In this document: positions 40,601 to 56,783 of the stretch, piece by piece
How positions within the stretch are numbered: position 1 is the first letter of the stretch
How the letters are laid out: every line of letters starts with the position of its first letter
Assembly: GCF_009914755.1 (NCBI RefSeq)
Contig: NC_060934.1
DNA from: the human T2T-CHM13v2.0 reference genome, Homo sapiens
Reading direction: 5' to 3' (one strand)
Length of the DNA: 64,000 nt
Translations under genes and position numbers: made by a program
The notes under the pieces: generated by a model
What the model saw: the letters and a program-made list of their open reading frames with translations, nothing else
Databases searched by the model: none
What the model was told of the DNA's origin: nothing

Positions 40601-43218
40601 TCCAAAAAGTCCAGCCCCTATGATTAGCCTAGCCTAGGCCAATTCCTGGTATTAAAGAAATTCCAGCTGAATAGAGTGGGTTTAAGCCTCCTCTGCGAAT
40701 TTCAATCAGCCTCTATAGGATTTTAGGCCAAAGTACTCACATGAACAGCCACAGTCAACACAATCTTGTGGTTACAGCCACCTGCAATAGGGTGCCATGA
40801 GAGCCATCACCCCCAGCCACTGAAGATGCCTTTCATTGTCCATCTAAAGTACTGGACTTTCCAAGCAGGTGACAAATGATCTTTCTACTACAGTTTAACC
40901 TCATCCTGGTTGGCTCCTTTCCACCTCTCACATCTGCTTTACATGTCTCTCCTGAGCCACATCTTCTCTGAGCAGTCCTTCAACTTGGGTTCCCTGTAAT
41001 TCTCTACCTAAGCTCCTTACTGTTCCCTTTGTAGGAATTCTCTCCATCCGTGGTATCGTATAGAGGTCTGCGTACTTCCCTCTGCTGTTTGGTTCAGCAT
41101 TCAAAGCACAATTTCTGGCACACAGTTAGGTGCTGGACAAAATCTCAATGTGTGCAATCCTCGTAAACTCTGCATGGCCTCCTTGTCTCCATGTTAGAGA
41201 TGAGACATATTGTCAAATGGTAAGACAGCCTGCAGGTGGGGGCAGTGGTGGCACAGGACACAACGTCCTGAACAGGCAGTCACCTCACGTCACCTGAGTC
41301 CACCCTGAGGCCATGCCCAGTACACTGTGCATCGCCCCTGCCAGCCATACTCTATGGCTTCCTGGTACCCCGAGACAATGGCCCCTTGACAGGCAGAGGC
41401 TCACAGCAGAGATGGAAAGTTGGCTTGCCCCATCCCCACCCCTCCCTTCTCTCTACCACACAGCCTCCTGAATACCCATCTGTCAGAGCTCTATCTCACA
41501 AAGGGCCATCACAATGAGTTTAGGTGATATAATGAAGAACATGCTTTTTAATAGTTATATTTTCACATTAAAAAGTTAACCAATCAAAATCTAGAGGAGG
41601 GGCTTCAAGATGGCTGACTAGAGGCATCTGGTACTTACCTCCTCTACAAAGAAGAACCAAAATAGCGAGGAAGAATCAGACTTTGAATAGATCATCTAAC
41701 AGAGAACACGAATTCAACAGAGAAGTGACAGAAAACACCTAGAGCAGGCAAGGAGAGGGCAGTCAGGCAAGGCAGCCAAGAGGTTCCCCAGTGTGGGGAA
41801 AGGGGAAGCGAGCGATCCCCAGCGGTCCACATTCCTACCATGCACTTCTGCAATTCCAGCCATGACAGAGCCCTAGACCCTCACAGGCCTTGAGGCTAAC
41901 AGAGGGAGCTGCCTGGAGATGGCGAGAAGGCATTGCTCCAGGGAGGGAGCTCGTGATGGGTCCCACACACCCCTGGAGTCCAAGGCAGCTACAAGAAGAC
42001 ACCATACTGAGAGCCCAGTCCTCAGGAGACTGCATCCTGCTGGGGGCCCAACAGTCCCTGCTTCTTCACATCCCTGGAACCCCACTGATATTCCTCACCA
42101 CAGCCATTGCAGCAGCTAGCTGCTGCTGCCAGGGATGAAGTGCAAACCATTTGGCAAAGACCCTGCTGCTTCCAGCAGTGAAGCCACTGCACGTTTTCAC
42201 AAGCGCCAAGGACAAAGTGAGCAAAGTGTGCACTCCCTAGCCGCTGGCATACCTATTGCCACTGAAAGCAACCCCACTCTCCCCAGTAGTAGGGCTGCAG
42301 TATAGCCACTGCTGCCTCCACCAGAGCATTCTGCCAGGGCCTTGGAATCACCCAGCCCCTACCTAAGACTGTTAGAGCCTGAATGCATCCCCGGGGGGGC
42401 TGAAGTATGTCCTACCCAGTTCCTGAGTAAACCATCCTGAGGCCTGGGGACTGCGCAGCCCATTCCACCACTATTGGAACCTGAGCATACTGCCTGGGCA
42501 TCTGAGGTCAGGCCCACCCAACCTGCCATTACCGCCACATCTAGCACTCAATTGCGTACACATTTGGGCCTGAAGACTGGTTCAACCAGCCCATCACAGC
42601 CGCAAACTGCTTGGGAGCCAGAGGGTTGTCCTGCCACTGCTGCTGCCATCACCCATATCATGCCTGCTGCCCAGGAGCCCAAGAATTCACCCACCCACCC
42701 AGTTCGCCACTGCCACTACCAGCATTTGAGCAAGCTACAAGGAGGTCCCCCAAAAATAACCCACCTGACCTGCTAACACTGGTGCCAGCATATACTGCAC
42801 TGAGGCCCAAGGGCAGGCATACTCACCCCACTACTGCCACCACTGGGACCAAGGACAGGCCAACCTGGTATCCCTGTCCCCAGCAAAACCTCACTACAGC
42901 CTCCACCATACCCTAAGATACTGAGGAAATCACAGACACCACAAACATGACTTATAGCCAAAGAAATCATACAGAGACTATACTACTGCACACAATGAGA
43001 ATCAAAGCTAAAGTGCCCTGCACAACCAACACCATAGACACACCCTCAGGAAAAACTCCTCTCCTACAACAGCAAATTAAGAAAACTAGAAGAGACTGTT
43101 ACACCAGACGTGCAGAGATTAACATAAGGACACAAGAAATGAAAAATCAAGGAAATATGACACCCACAAAGGAACCCAATAATTCTCCAGCAATAAATTC
43201 CAATCAAAAAGAAATTTA

Positions 43219-43548
<330 letters not shown>

Positions 43549-46442
43549 GAAGCTCAGTGAGATACACAGGAATACAGACAAACAATACAAAGAAATGAGA
43601 AATGCAATTCAGGATATGAATGAAACATTTTCCAAAAATACATTATAAAAAAAAAACCAAACAGAAATTCTGGAACTGAAAAATTCATTACATGAAATAC
43701 AAAATACACTTGAAATATTCAACAAATAGATCAAGTAGAAGAAATAATTTCAGAACTTGAAGACAGGTCTTTTGAAATAATCCAGTAAGACAAAAAAATT
43801 TAAAAAAGGAATAGAAAAGAAAGAACAAAGCATACATGACATATGGGACACCATGAAATGACCAAATATTCAAATTTTCAGTGTCTCAGAAGACAAACAG
43901 AAAACAAAAAAGATGGAATATCTAACAAAATAATAGCTGCAAACTTCCCAAGTCTTGCAAAAGATTTAGACATCTAGATATAAGAAGCTCAGAGATATCC
44001 AAATATAATTCAAGGTCTCCTCCACAGCACATTATATAGTCAAACAGTCAAAAGTTGAAGCCTAAAAATAGCAAGAAAAAAGCATCTAGTCATTTATAAG
44101 TGGACCCCCATCGAACCAACAGCAGACTTGTCAGCAGAAGCCTTATAGACCAGGAGAGAATGGGATGATATATTCAAAGTGCTAAAAGAAAAAAAAAAGG
44201 CCAGCCAAAGATACTATATCCATCCAAGTTATCACTCATAAATGAGAAGAAATAAAGTCCTTCCCAGACAAGCAAAAGCTGAGGGAATTCACCACCAGAT
44301 TGGTCCTATAAGAAATGCTTAAGGGAATCCTACACATGGAAGCACAACGACAGTATTTGCCATCATGAAAACATACCAAAGTATAAAACCTACTGGTAGA
44401 GCAAGCACACAAATAAGCAAAAAAAAGGACTCAAACGTTACCACTACAGAAACCCACCAAACCACAATTATAAACAATAAGAAAGAAGGAAACAAAGGAT
44501 ATACAAAACCAGAAATTATTTAATAAAGTGACAGGAATAAGCCCTCACATATCAATAGCAACCCTGAATGTAAATGAATTAAACTTTCCACTGGAAAGAC
44601 AGAGACTGGCTGAATGGATTTAAAAAAACATTACTCAACTATATGCTGTGTACAAGAAGCTCATCGCACCTGTACAGACACATATAGACTTAAAGTACAG
44701 GGATGAAAAAAGATATTCCATGCAAATAAAAACCAAAAGCAAGCAGGACTAGCTATACCTATATCAGATAAAACAGACTTTAAGTCAAAAACAGTAAAAG
44801 ACAAAGAGAGTCATTATATAATAACAAAGGGATTAATTCATCAAGAGGCTATAACACTTCTACATACATCTGCACCCTACACCAGAGCACTCAGATGTAT
44901 AAAGCAAATATTATTAAATCTAAAGGGAGAGACAGACTTCAGTATAATAATAGCTGAGGACTTCAACACCCCACTCCCATCGTTAGACAGATCATCTAGG
45001 CAGAAAATGAACAAACATTACATTTAAACTGCACGTTAGGACAATGGACTAAACAGACAGTTACAGAACGTTTCATCCAACAACTACAGAATACACATTT
45101 CTCAGCACACAGACCATTCTTCAGGATAGGCCACAGGTTAGGACACAAAACAAGTCTCAACAAAGTTTTTAAAAATTGAAATCATGTCAAGTATCTTTCT
45201 CAGACCACAATGTTTAAAACTAGAAATCAACTAGAAACTGTACAATTACATGGAAATTAAACAACATGCTCCTCAATGACCACTGGGTGAAGGAAGAAAT
45301 TAAGGAGAAAACATAAAAATGCCTTAAATAAAAATCGAAATACAACATACCAAAACCTGTGGGATAGAGCAAAAGTAGTGCTAACAGGGAAGTCCAGAGC
45401 AATAAACACCTACATCAAAAGAGTAGAAAGATTTCAAACAAACAATCGAAGGATGCACCTCAAGGATCTAGAAATCCAAGTAAAAACCAAATCCAAAATT
45501 AGTAAAAGAAAAGAAATAATAAACATTAGAGGAGAACTAAACTAAATAGGAGCTAAAAAAAAAAAAAAGATCAATGAAACAAAAAATTAATTTTTTGAAA
45601 AACTAAAATTGATAGACTAGCTAGACTAACCAAGAAAAAAAGATAGAAGACCTAAATAAAATCTGAAATGAAAAAGGAGACATTACAAATAACACAGAAA
45701 TACAAAAGATCATCAGAGACTATTACGAACTACATGCTATCAAACTGGAAAACCTAGAGGAAATGGATAGACACATAACCTACCATGATTGATCAGAAAG
45801 AGACAGAAAACTTGGACAGATCAATAAGAAGTAATGAGATTTAAAGAGTAATAAAAAGTCTCCTAACAACGAAAGGTCCAGGATTGGATGACTTCACTGC
45901 CAAATTCTACCAAACTTTCAAAGAAGAACAATTCTTCTCTATTCCAAAAAACTGAAGAAGAGAGAATTCTCCTTAACTCATTCTACTAGACCAGCATTAT
46001 GCTGACACCAAAACCAGACAAGGACACAACAAAAAATAAAACTACAGGCCAATATCCCTGATAGGCATAGATGCAAAAAATCCTTAACAAAATACGAATA
46101 AAGCAAATCCAATTGCACATCAAAAAGACAGTACACGATTAAGGGAATTTATCCCTAGGATGCAAGGGTCTTTCATCACATGCAAATCAATAAATGTGAC
46201 ACATCATGTAAACAGAATGAAGGATAAAACCATATGATCATCTCAATAGAAGCAGAAAAGGCATTTGGTAAAATTCAACATTCCTTCATGATAAAAATTC
46301 TCAACAAACTAGGCAAAGAAAGAAATACTGCAATATTAATAAAGGCTATATATGACAAACCCACAGCTAACATAAATCTGAATGGGGGAAAAGTGAAAGA
46401 AAGCCTTCCCTCTAAGAACTGGAACAAGATAAGAATGCCCGC

Positions 46443-48762
46443 TGATATGATTTGGCTGTGTCCCCACCCAAATCTCATCTTCAATTGTGGCTCCCATAAT
46501 TCCCACAGGTTGTGGGAGGGACTCAGTGGGAGATAACTGAATCATAGGTGCAGTTTCCCCCATACTGTTCTTGTGGTAGTGAATAAGTCTCATGAAATCT
46601 CATTTTGTAAGGGAAGCCCCTTTCACTTGGTTCTCATTTCTCCCTTGTCTGCCGCCATGTAAGTAAGATATGCCTTTCATCTTCCCCCATGATTGTGAGG
46701 CCTCCCCAGCCATGTGGAACTGTGAGTCCATTAAACCTCTTTTACTTTAAAAATTATCCAGTCTTGGGTATGTCTTTATCAGCAGTGTGAAAACAGACCA
46801 ATACAGTAAATTGGTACCAGTAAGTGGGGTGCTGCTATAAAGATACCTGAAAATGTGGAAGTGACTTTGGATCTGGGTAACAGGCAGAGGCTGGAATGGT
46901 CTGGAGGGCTCAGAAGAAGACAGGAAAATGTGGGCAAGTTTGGAACTTCCTAGACATTTGTTGAATGGCTTTGACCAAAATACTGATCATGATATGGACA
47001 ATGAAATCCAGGCTGAGGTGGTCTCAGATGGAGATGAGAAACTTGTTGCAAACTGGAGTAAAGGTGACTCTTGCTATGTTTTAGCAAAGAGACTGGCAGC
47101 ATTTTGCCCCTGATGTGTGGAACTTTGAACTTGAGGGAGATGATTTATGGTATCTGGAGGAAAAAATTTCTAAGCACCAAAGCATTCAGGAAGTGACTTG
47201 GATGCTGTTAAAAACATTCAGTTTTAAAAAGTTTTAAAAGCATTCTCAGAGAAACAGAAAATAAAAGCAGAAAATTTGTGGCCTCCTGATGCCATTGAAA
47301 AGAAAAACCCATTTTCTGAGGAGAAATTCAAGCTGGGTGTGGAAATTTGCCTAAGTAACGAAGAGCCAAATGTTAATCACCAACTCAATGGGGGAAAATG
47401 TCTCAAGGGCATGTCAGAGATCTTTGCTGGCAGCCCCTCCCATCACAGGCCCAGAGGACTAGGAGGAAAAAAAAATGGTTTCAAGGGCTGGTGCCCAGGG
47501 CCCCCTTGCTGTGTGCAGCCTAGAGACTCCATGCCCTGCATCCCAGCCACTCTAACCAAAGGATACAAGCAGCCAGGGTATAGTTCAGGTCATGGCTTCA
47601 GAGGGTGCAAGCCCCAAGCCTTGGCAGCTTCCATGTGGTGTTGAGCCTGCGGGTACACAAATGTCAAGAATTGAGATTTGGGAACCTCTGCCTAGATTTC
47701 AGAGAATGTATAGAAATGCCTGGATGTTCAGGCACTGGTATGCTGCAAGGATGGAGCCCTCATGGAGAACCTCTGCTAGGGCAGTGTGAAAGGGAAATGT
47801 GGGTTGCAAGCCCCCACACAGAGTCCCCACTGGGGCACTGCCTAGTGGAGCTGTGAGAAGAGGGCCACCATCCTCCCAACTCCAGAATGGTGTATCTACT
47901 AACAGCTTGCACCATGCACCTGGAAAAGCTACAGACACTCAATGACAGCTCGTGAAAGCAGCCAGGAGGTGGGCTATACCCTGCAAAGCTACAGGGGCAG
48001 AGCTGCCAAAGGCCGTGGGAGCCCACCTCTTGCATTAGCATGACCTGGATGTGAGACATGGAGTCAAAGGAGATCACTTTGGAGCTTTAAGAATGGACTG
48101 ACCCATTGGATTGTGGACTTACATGGGGCCTTTAGCCCCTTCATTTTGGCCAGTTTCTCCCATTTGGAATGAGTGTATTTATCCAGTGCCTGTGCCCCCA
48201 TTGTATCTAGAAACTAACTAACTTGATTTTGATTTTACAGGCTCACAGGTGGAAGGGAGTTGCCTTGTCTGAGATGAGACTTTGGACTGTGGACTTTTGA
48301 GTTAATGCTGAAATGCGTTAAGACTTTGGGGGACTGTTGGGAAGGCATGGGTGGTTTTGAAATGTGAGGACATGAGATTTGGGAGGGGCCGAGGGCGGAA
48401 TGATATGGTTTGGCTGTGTCCCCACCAAATCTCATTTTGAATTGTAGCTCCCATAATTCCCATGTGTCGTGGGAGGGACCCAGTGGGGGATAACTGAATC
48501 ATAGGGGTGGTTTCCCCCATACTGTTCTTGTGGTAGTGAATAAGTCTCATGAGATCTGATGGTTTTATAAGGGGAAACCTCTTTCGCTTGGTTCTCATTT
48601 CTCCCTTGTCTGCTGCCATGTAAGACATGCCTTTCGCCTTCTGCCATCATTGTGAGGCCTCCCCAGCCACATGGAACTGTGAGTTCATTAAACCTCTTTT
48701 TCTTTAAAAATTACCCAGTCTCAGGTATGTGTTTATCAGCAGCATGAAAACAGACTAATACA
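46443..48762 (+). mobile_element. Complete THE1 (MaLR) provirus: 5'LTR 46443-46805, internal region, 3'LTR 48401-48762
   Basis: Both LTRs run tgatat..tttggctgtgtcccc...aataca; purine tract before the 3'LTR; TSD cccgc/cccac within L1 ORF2. Confidence 0.95.
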
Positions 48763-49416
48763 CCCACTTTCACCACTCCTGTTCAACACAGTACTGGAAG
48801 TCCTAGTTAGAGCAATCAGGCAAGAGAAAGAAATAAAAGGCATTCAAATTGGAAAAAGTAAGTTAATTTGTCCCTTTTTGCAGATGATATGATTTTATAC
48901 CTAGAAAAACCTAAAGGCTCCATTAGAAAACTTAGATCTGATAAATTTGGAAAAGTTATAGGATACAAAAATAAACATACAAAAGTTGATAGTGTTTCTA
49001 TACACCAATAATGAACTAGCGGAGAAAGAAATCAAAAAGGCAATCCCATTTACAATAGCTATACAAAATAAAATACCTAGAAATAAATTTAATCAAAGAG
49101 GTGAAAGGCGTTGCAAGGAAAACTACAAAACACTGATAAAAGAAGCTGAAGAGGACACGAACAAATTGAAAGATATCCCACGTCCACGGATCAAAAGAAT
49201 TAGTGTCATTAAAATGACCATACTACCCAAAGCAATCTACAGATTCAATGCAATTGCTATCAAAATGTCAATGTCATTTTACACAGAAACAGAAAAAACA
49301 ATCCTAAAACCATATGGAACCAAAAAAGAGCACAAATAGCCAAAACAATCCTAAGAAAAACAAACAAAGCTGCAGGGATCACACTGCCTGACTTCAAAGG
49401 ATATTACACAAGGCTA

Positions 49417-49774
<358 letters not shown>

Positions 49775-52700
49775 CCCAGATACACAGAACAATAGAACAA
49801 AATCAACAACACAGAAATAAATCCACGTACTTACTGCGAACTGATTTTCAACAAAGGTACCAAAAACATGCGTTAGGGAAAGGATACCCTCTCAATAAAT
49901 GGTGCTGGGAAAATGAGAGATCCATATGCAGATGAATGAAACTGAAGCCCTCTCTCTCATCGCATACAAAAATCAACTCAAGATGGACTAAACACTCAAA
50001 CATAAGACCTGAAACTATATAACTATTAGAAGAAAACACAGGGATTACACTTCAAGACATTGATCTAGGCAATGATTTTATGGCTAAGACCCCAAAGCAT
50101 AGGCAACAAAACCAAAAACCGACAAAAGGGACTATATAAAACTGAAAAGCTTCTGCACAGCATAGGAAACAATCAACAGAGTGAAGACACAACCTGTTGA
50201 ATGACAGAAAACATGTGAAAACTACCCATCGAACAAGGAACTAACATACAGAATATGTAAGAAACTCAAACAACATTAAAAACACAAACAATCCCATTAA
50301 AAAGTGGGCAAAGGACATGACTAGACATTTCTCAAAAAAAGACATGTAAATGACCGACAGCTGCATGAAAAACTGCTCAGCATCCCTAATCATCAGGGAA
50401 TAACAGATGTTGGTGAGGATGCAGAGAAAAGGGAACTCTTATGTATTGTTGGTGGGAATGCAAATTAGTACAACCAGTATGAAAAATAGTATGGGAATTC
50501 CTCAAAAAACTAAAAATAGAACTACTATATAATCCAGCAATCTCACTACAGAGTATTTCCCCAGAGGAAAACAAATTAGTATTATCAAAGAGATATCTGT
50601 ACTCCCATGTTTATTGTAGCACTGTTCGCAAAAGATATGGAATCAGCCTAAGTGTCCACATCAATGGACAAACAGGTAAAGAATTCGTGACACATATACA
50701 CAATGAAATACTATTCAGCCATACAAAAAGAATGAAATCATGTCATCTGCAGCAACATGGATGGAGGTCATTATGTTAAGTGAAATAAGCCAGACACAGA
50801 AAGACAAATATTACATGTTCTCACTCACATGTGGGAGCTATAAAAATTTGATCTCATGGAGGTAGAAAGTAGAATTATAGGTACTAGAGGCTGGGAAGGG
50901 TGTGCATGGAGGCAGGAGTGGGGGATAAAGAGAGATTGGTTAATGGGTACAAAAATACAGTTAGATAGTCACAATAAGTTCTAATGTTCAATAACAACAG
51001 AGTAGGGTGACTACAGTTAACAATATATTATATACTTCAAAATAACTAGAAGAGAGGTTTAAATTGTTTCTGACACATAGACATGATAAATATTCACAGT
51101 GAGGGACACCCCAAATACCCTGACTTGATCATTACATAGTCTATGCATGTAACAAAATATCAGAGGTACCCCATAAATATGTACAAATAAACTAAAAAAA
51201 GAAAACCAATCAAATGTGATTTCAGATACTACACAATGATATAAAACTTTGAGTTTGTTCTTTAGAAAATGATTAAGCAAACAGCAGCAAGGGAAGTACA
51301 TAGGGTGAGGACTGAGTGTGGATGGGGCATCTGGGGAACATCCTCCAGGATGGCTCGTGGGCCCACATGGTCAAGGACCCTGCGGTGAGGTGAAGGTCTG
51401 GGCAAGATGCATGGCGATTTCATGGGGGCTGCATTCCAGTGCCCGTCTTTGTATAAAGCATGTCACCTGTGGGACTCAAACTGCCTCAAACTTCTCCAAG
51501 CACCCAGTCAATTAAACAGATTTTTTTCCAAGGGGGGACATTCTGCTGCTTCTAAAAATATAAGATTTTCTACACACTGCTATCATTACAAACTGTGATA
51601 GGTGCTATGAAGAAAGAGTAACAAAACCCAAATGGGTGATAAAATTTAGACTAAGGGGAGGGTGTCAAGGGTAAGTGCCTCTAAAGAAGCTAAGAACTGA
51701 AAGAGAAATGAGTTAGGAATTTTAGCCATTCATGCAAAAAAGGGGTAAGATTGGGAGAGGCCTCTCGGACAGAACAAAAGGTGCGCAAATAGGAATTTGG
51801 CTTGTTTGAAAATCATCAAGGTAGACACCATACCTAGATCATCATGACCAAGGGGATATTGCACAGGATCAGGTTCCAAGTGGCCAGGCCCAGGTCACCT
51901 TAGATGTGACAGCTCAAGGTAGTGTAATCAGAAACACTGAAGAATTGAAAAGAGAAGCATTAGGAATTCTACTTACTGGCTACTGGGTGCTAGATGGTTT
52001 GGGATAGATTCTTGAGAAGCTACTGCAGGAGTTTAGGAGGCCTGGGCCTGGGAAGTGGCTGGGATGATGAAGAGGGATGAACCAATGGGCTGGGTATCAA
52101 GTGTCTAGCAGAACAGCATGCAAACATTGACTCAGCATGTACTGACAACCTCCAGGGCTCCATCCCATCACTGGTTCTGCAGATTTAGGGGTAAACAAAG
52201 CATGGCTCTACACTCATGAAGGTTACATGTGGGGTGAAGGTGCAATGGAAAAAAATTCATGAAAACCCAGGCAGTGATAAGTGCGATCCTGAAAAATAAA
52301 AGGAAAAGGTGACTTTGGACCCCTTAGGATGTTAATTGGAGGTGACAAATTTCATGAAATCCCTTGGTAACAGAGGCTCAACAAATGATATCCATTAACA
52401 TTGTACTATCAATACAAAATAAGTATTGGGTGAAGACTTTGCCATTGTAATTGCTTAAATATCCCAATATGCTTCTTCTATTAACTCCTTAAGGGGATCA
52501 AATCCAGCTGCCCACTTTGAAGAGAGGCAAGCCACCACAGACCTAGCAGCCTCATAAACATCTCATCCAACCTACCTGCTTCCTTCTTTGAAAATGGAGC
52601 CTGGTTTTTAAAGTCAATATGCTTCCAATACACACTGAGACACTTTGTAATAAAATCTAGATGGAATACTAGGAGGCATGATTAAAGGTTTATTTTTTAC

Positions 52701-53286
52701 CTCTTTTCAACCTCTAAATTTACGCCAGCAAGAGGTGACCTGCAGAAGCATAAAGCAGACTGCAGTGACTGGCTCATGTGCTGACCCCAGCTGGGGTCTA
52801 AAAGTCAGCAGAAAGTCTCCTGACAGAGACAACGGGGATTTCAGGTAGCATACAGTATGTCCACATTGTGGCCTCCTTTAATCTCAAGAGTATGTCTGCT
52901 ATACTGAAGATACGATTTTACATGTCACGGCCTAAAACTGGCTTCAAACAGCAGGTTCATTTAATAAATACTCCAATAAAAAAACTGTCTTCTCAAAAAC
53001 AGTTATCTTCCACAGGGGGCCTGCCCTCCCTTCCTTGGTCCCACTGAACTGGTTCATGTCTAACCACCTTATACAGCATGCTAACTATCTTCGTTACAAA
53101 AGGGTACACTTTGCAACAGAATTTCACGTTGACAGGTTAACCAGGAAGTTCTGTGAGTAATCAAATGTTCTAAAGGCTCACTCCACTCAGATACTCTCCA
53201 ATGACCATAGTAAGCATCCCGGAACTCACTGGACACACTAAGTGTCCAGTCGCAAACAGCACACAGTAAAAATGTATTCAAGAAGG

Positions 53287-53570
<284 letters not shown>

Positions 53571-53807
53571 AAAATGTATGCAAGAAGGAAAAAATAATGT
53601 ATGGTTCTCCATTGTTCAGCAATAAATAATAAAGCTACCATTAAATGAACTGTCCTGGCCCAATCAACCTAAGGTCACCAGGATTCAACGAACTTTGACA
53701 AGAGTCAGGTTTGTTGGCTCAGTGTAATGGGTGAGCTGCCCCATGGTTCCATGCAAATGTTAATCCCAAGACTTGGAACAACCCTGAAGGTTGTATTATT
53801 ACCCTAC

Positions 53808-54112
<305 letters not shown>

Positions 54113-55475
54113 TTACCCTACTTTTACTGATAACTAAATTAAAGCTCAGAGAGATGTCCTTTTTCAAAATCACATGGCTAGTAAACCATCATCCATGTTA
54201 ATTCCAAAACCCTTACAAAGCTCAAAATACCCACAACCCAAGCCAGGACAATAGCCTTTCCTCTAGACTTTTTAAGATGGTGGTTTGCAAACAGTTTTTT
54301 TTAACTATAGGAAGAAGTTTCCTTTAAATAAAATGTGACTGAAATCCATGAATGAACAGGTACATATTTAAAGCATAGGATGTCCTCCTTCAGAACTGCC
54401 CTTGGCTACTAGGGCAAGGCGACATACATGTGTTACTGAGCGTTTTTTAACACATTTAATTCAACTTAAGCAAACAGGCCATCTGCAGCTGCACCTTCTC
54501 ACTTTTCTCCGTGCTTAGACACTGATTAGCTCCTTTAAAAGGTGCAAAAATGGGCAGCAATGGTTTACCACTGCATAGTTCTAGCACTGCAGCATTCCTG
54601 GCCAAAGGGACAGCAAAAGAAAAGAAATGGAGGTTGGATGGGAAAAAATATTTTGTGAAAGGCATTCCTATTTTTAACGCAAAATTAAGCGGAAGAATAA
54701 TATAATTAGATTACAAATATGCCTAAGAACAGACAAATGTCTTAAGAAGGTTTGCCAGAGTTTACTTTTAGTCTTAAAAAAATAAGGTGACCTGAATGAA
54801 AACATATATGTAGTCAGCACATTAAAATGGCATATAATGTAACTGTTCATTTCAGAGTATCTAGGAGGCCTGAGACAGCAGATAGACTTTGTCACTTGTT
54901 CAAATCCTCCCAGCTGAATCTGTGGTGTGTTTGGCCATATGCCAAAAACATGGGGAAAAGGTCCACCCTTACAAAGAACTTTCATGGCCTTAACTGTATG
55001 GCGAAGGGGTTGGCCAGAGTCAATGTGTGGGCTGAGAGAGGAGCACTGCCTGGAAGCAAGCTCACTGCATCAGATACACTCTGCTGGTTCCCAGGCCATA
55101 CCCTAGCAGCCAGTGTGCTCCTGGTGCGCTAAAAAGACCACACCACAGGTGAGGAGATGCTGTTGGATGGCTGATTCACTTCCCAAGCCCTCCTTTCCCT
55201 AGCTGCCTTCCAGCTAGAGGTGGCCTGTGATCCAGTTCTGGCCAGGGAGATGTAAGCAGATTTCAGGCGGCCAGGTGGGACTTGTGGGACAACTTTTGCC
55301 TTCCTGCTGAAAATGGTGACTCTCAGCTAACAGACCTGTTAATCCTTGATCAGTCCTCTAATTCCTGCCAAGGCCACAACCGCAATGCCTGAAGGTCCAG
55401 CTCTCATCGTGAGACCATGTGTCAAGTAGGAGATAGCACAGAGAGGAAAGAGCCTGGGTCCCTGGCAACATCTGT

Positions 55476-55952
55476 TGCAGGGAGCCGAAGACCCATGGGA
55501 CGTGACCAACTCAGCATTCCCCTGGAGACTATATGATCAAACAGCAAACCGTTCATCATGAATGCAGGATATGAGCAAACTCACGACTGCTCCGGCCGAC
55601 TGCTCCTGCCAACAGAAGGTTTGCTGGAGGCAATCACTCCCTGGCGCCGAGGTTCTCTACTGCAACATCTAGAACCTTTTGTTCAAGGAATGCAGTCTTG
55701 CAAGCCTACTCTAGACTGAGCAGCTGACCCCTTCTTCCACCCGCCTTCTCACTATCTCTTTTGCCTAATAAATATGGAGGGCTGTGTAAAGCTCAGGGCC
55801 CTTGTCCACTAGAGCCAAGATGCCTCCTTCTTCCAAATATACTCTTTTGTCTCTTGTCTTTTATTCCCGCCTTCACCCCTTGTTCAGTTCCCCTAGGTCC
55901 ATGCGGGTTACACAGTGGCACCCCGAACAGCCACAGAATCGGGTGCACTACA
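55476..55952 (+). mobile_element. HERV-K class II solo LTR (LTR3/HML-6-like), inside an older ERVL LTR remnant
   Basis: TG...CA, perfect 6-bp TSD ATCTGT, AATAAA at 55767, gtgaccaactcagcattcc...tatatgatcaaacagc. Confidence 0.8.
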
Positions 55953-56369
55953 ATCTGTGATCAACTCTGCCCTGGATCACCTGCTTCCAGACACCTTGTC
56001 AAATGAACCATATAAATCCATAATTATGTAAGTCATCATAGTTAGCTTTCTGTTACTTTCAGTCAAATATATTCCTAATTGTGGCAACAGACTCTCCTGT
56101 GCCTGAGATTTCTTCTGCCTTAAAGTATATGGTTTTCTGGAAAAAATGGAATTTTCTCCCAGAAGTCACTTCCCCCAACACACACTCAAAATTGCCTTAC
56201 CAGAAAAATGTAACTGCCACATACCTCTTATGGTCCCAGAACAGATTACAGAAATGTATCAAGAACTCTAACGTCTTTTCAAAAAAAAAAAAAAGAGTAT
56301 AAACACATGTAAGGCATAAGAACAGAAAAGACTCAAGGTAATAAATAACATTTTTCAGTGGCACTCTAC

Positions 56370-56420
56370 CTTAGAAATGTTGCTTGAATGACTCATGAAA
56401 TGTCCCAAAGTCTTCTCATT
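56370..56420 (-). CDS. MARCHF8: MARCHF8 51-nt coding exon (residues 35-51), absent from ORF track
   Basis: Minus strand tttcttgcAG|AATGAG...TCTAAG|GTagag; NEKTLGHFMSHSSNISK matches the MARCH8 N-terminal region. Confidence 0.95.
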
Positions 56421-56704
56421 CTGCAAGAAAATCAAACAGGTTTTAATTATCAATCTTTGATTAAAATATGCAAAGAACAAGTAATTGATCACAACAACCC
56501 TACTGACAAATCATTCCCTGAACTAGAATTTGCAAAGCACAACCTACTATATACTAGATGTATGTAGCCAGGCAGTAAATATTGCACATTTGGGCAAAAT
56601 GAATACACAATAGTCCCTGTCCTAAAGGATTTAACATTTTATTTAAGAGATTTAATTTTTTATTATCAGGAAAAAATAAGAGTTTAGAATTCACTGTCAA
56701 AATA

Positions 56705-56783
56705 AGATGGTAATAAGTGTCTTAAGTCACATTTCACGTGAAAGTTCAGATGGTGATAAGTGTCTTAAGACACATTTCAAGTG
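56705..56783 (+). repeat. 43-bp-period tandem duplication
   Basis: agatggt(a/g)ataagtgtcttaag(t/a)cacatttca(c/a)gtg x2. Confidence 0.88.

Noticed and set aside
55916-55934. tRNA gene
   Set aside because: Only a PBS-like complement within an LTR; no cloverleaf or A/B boxes
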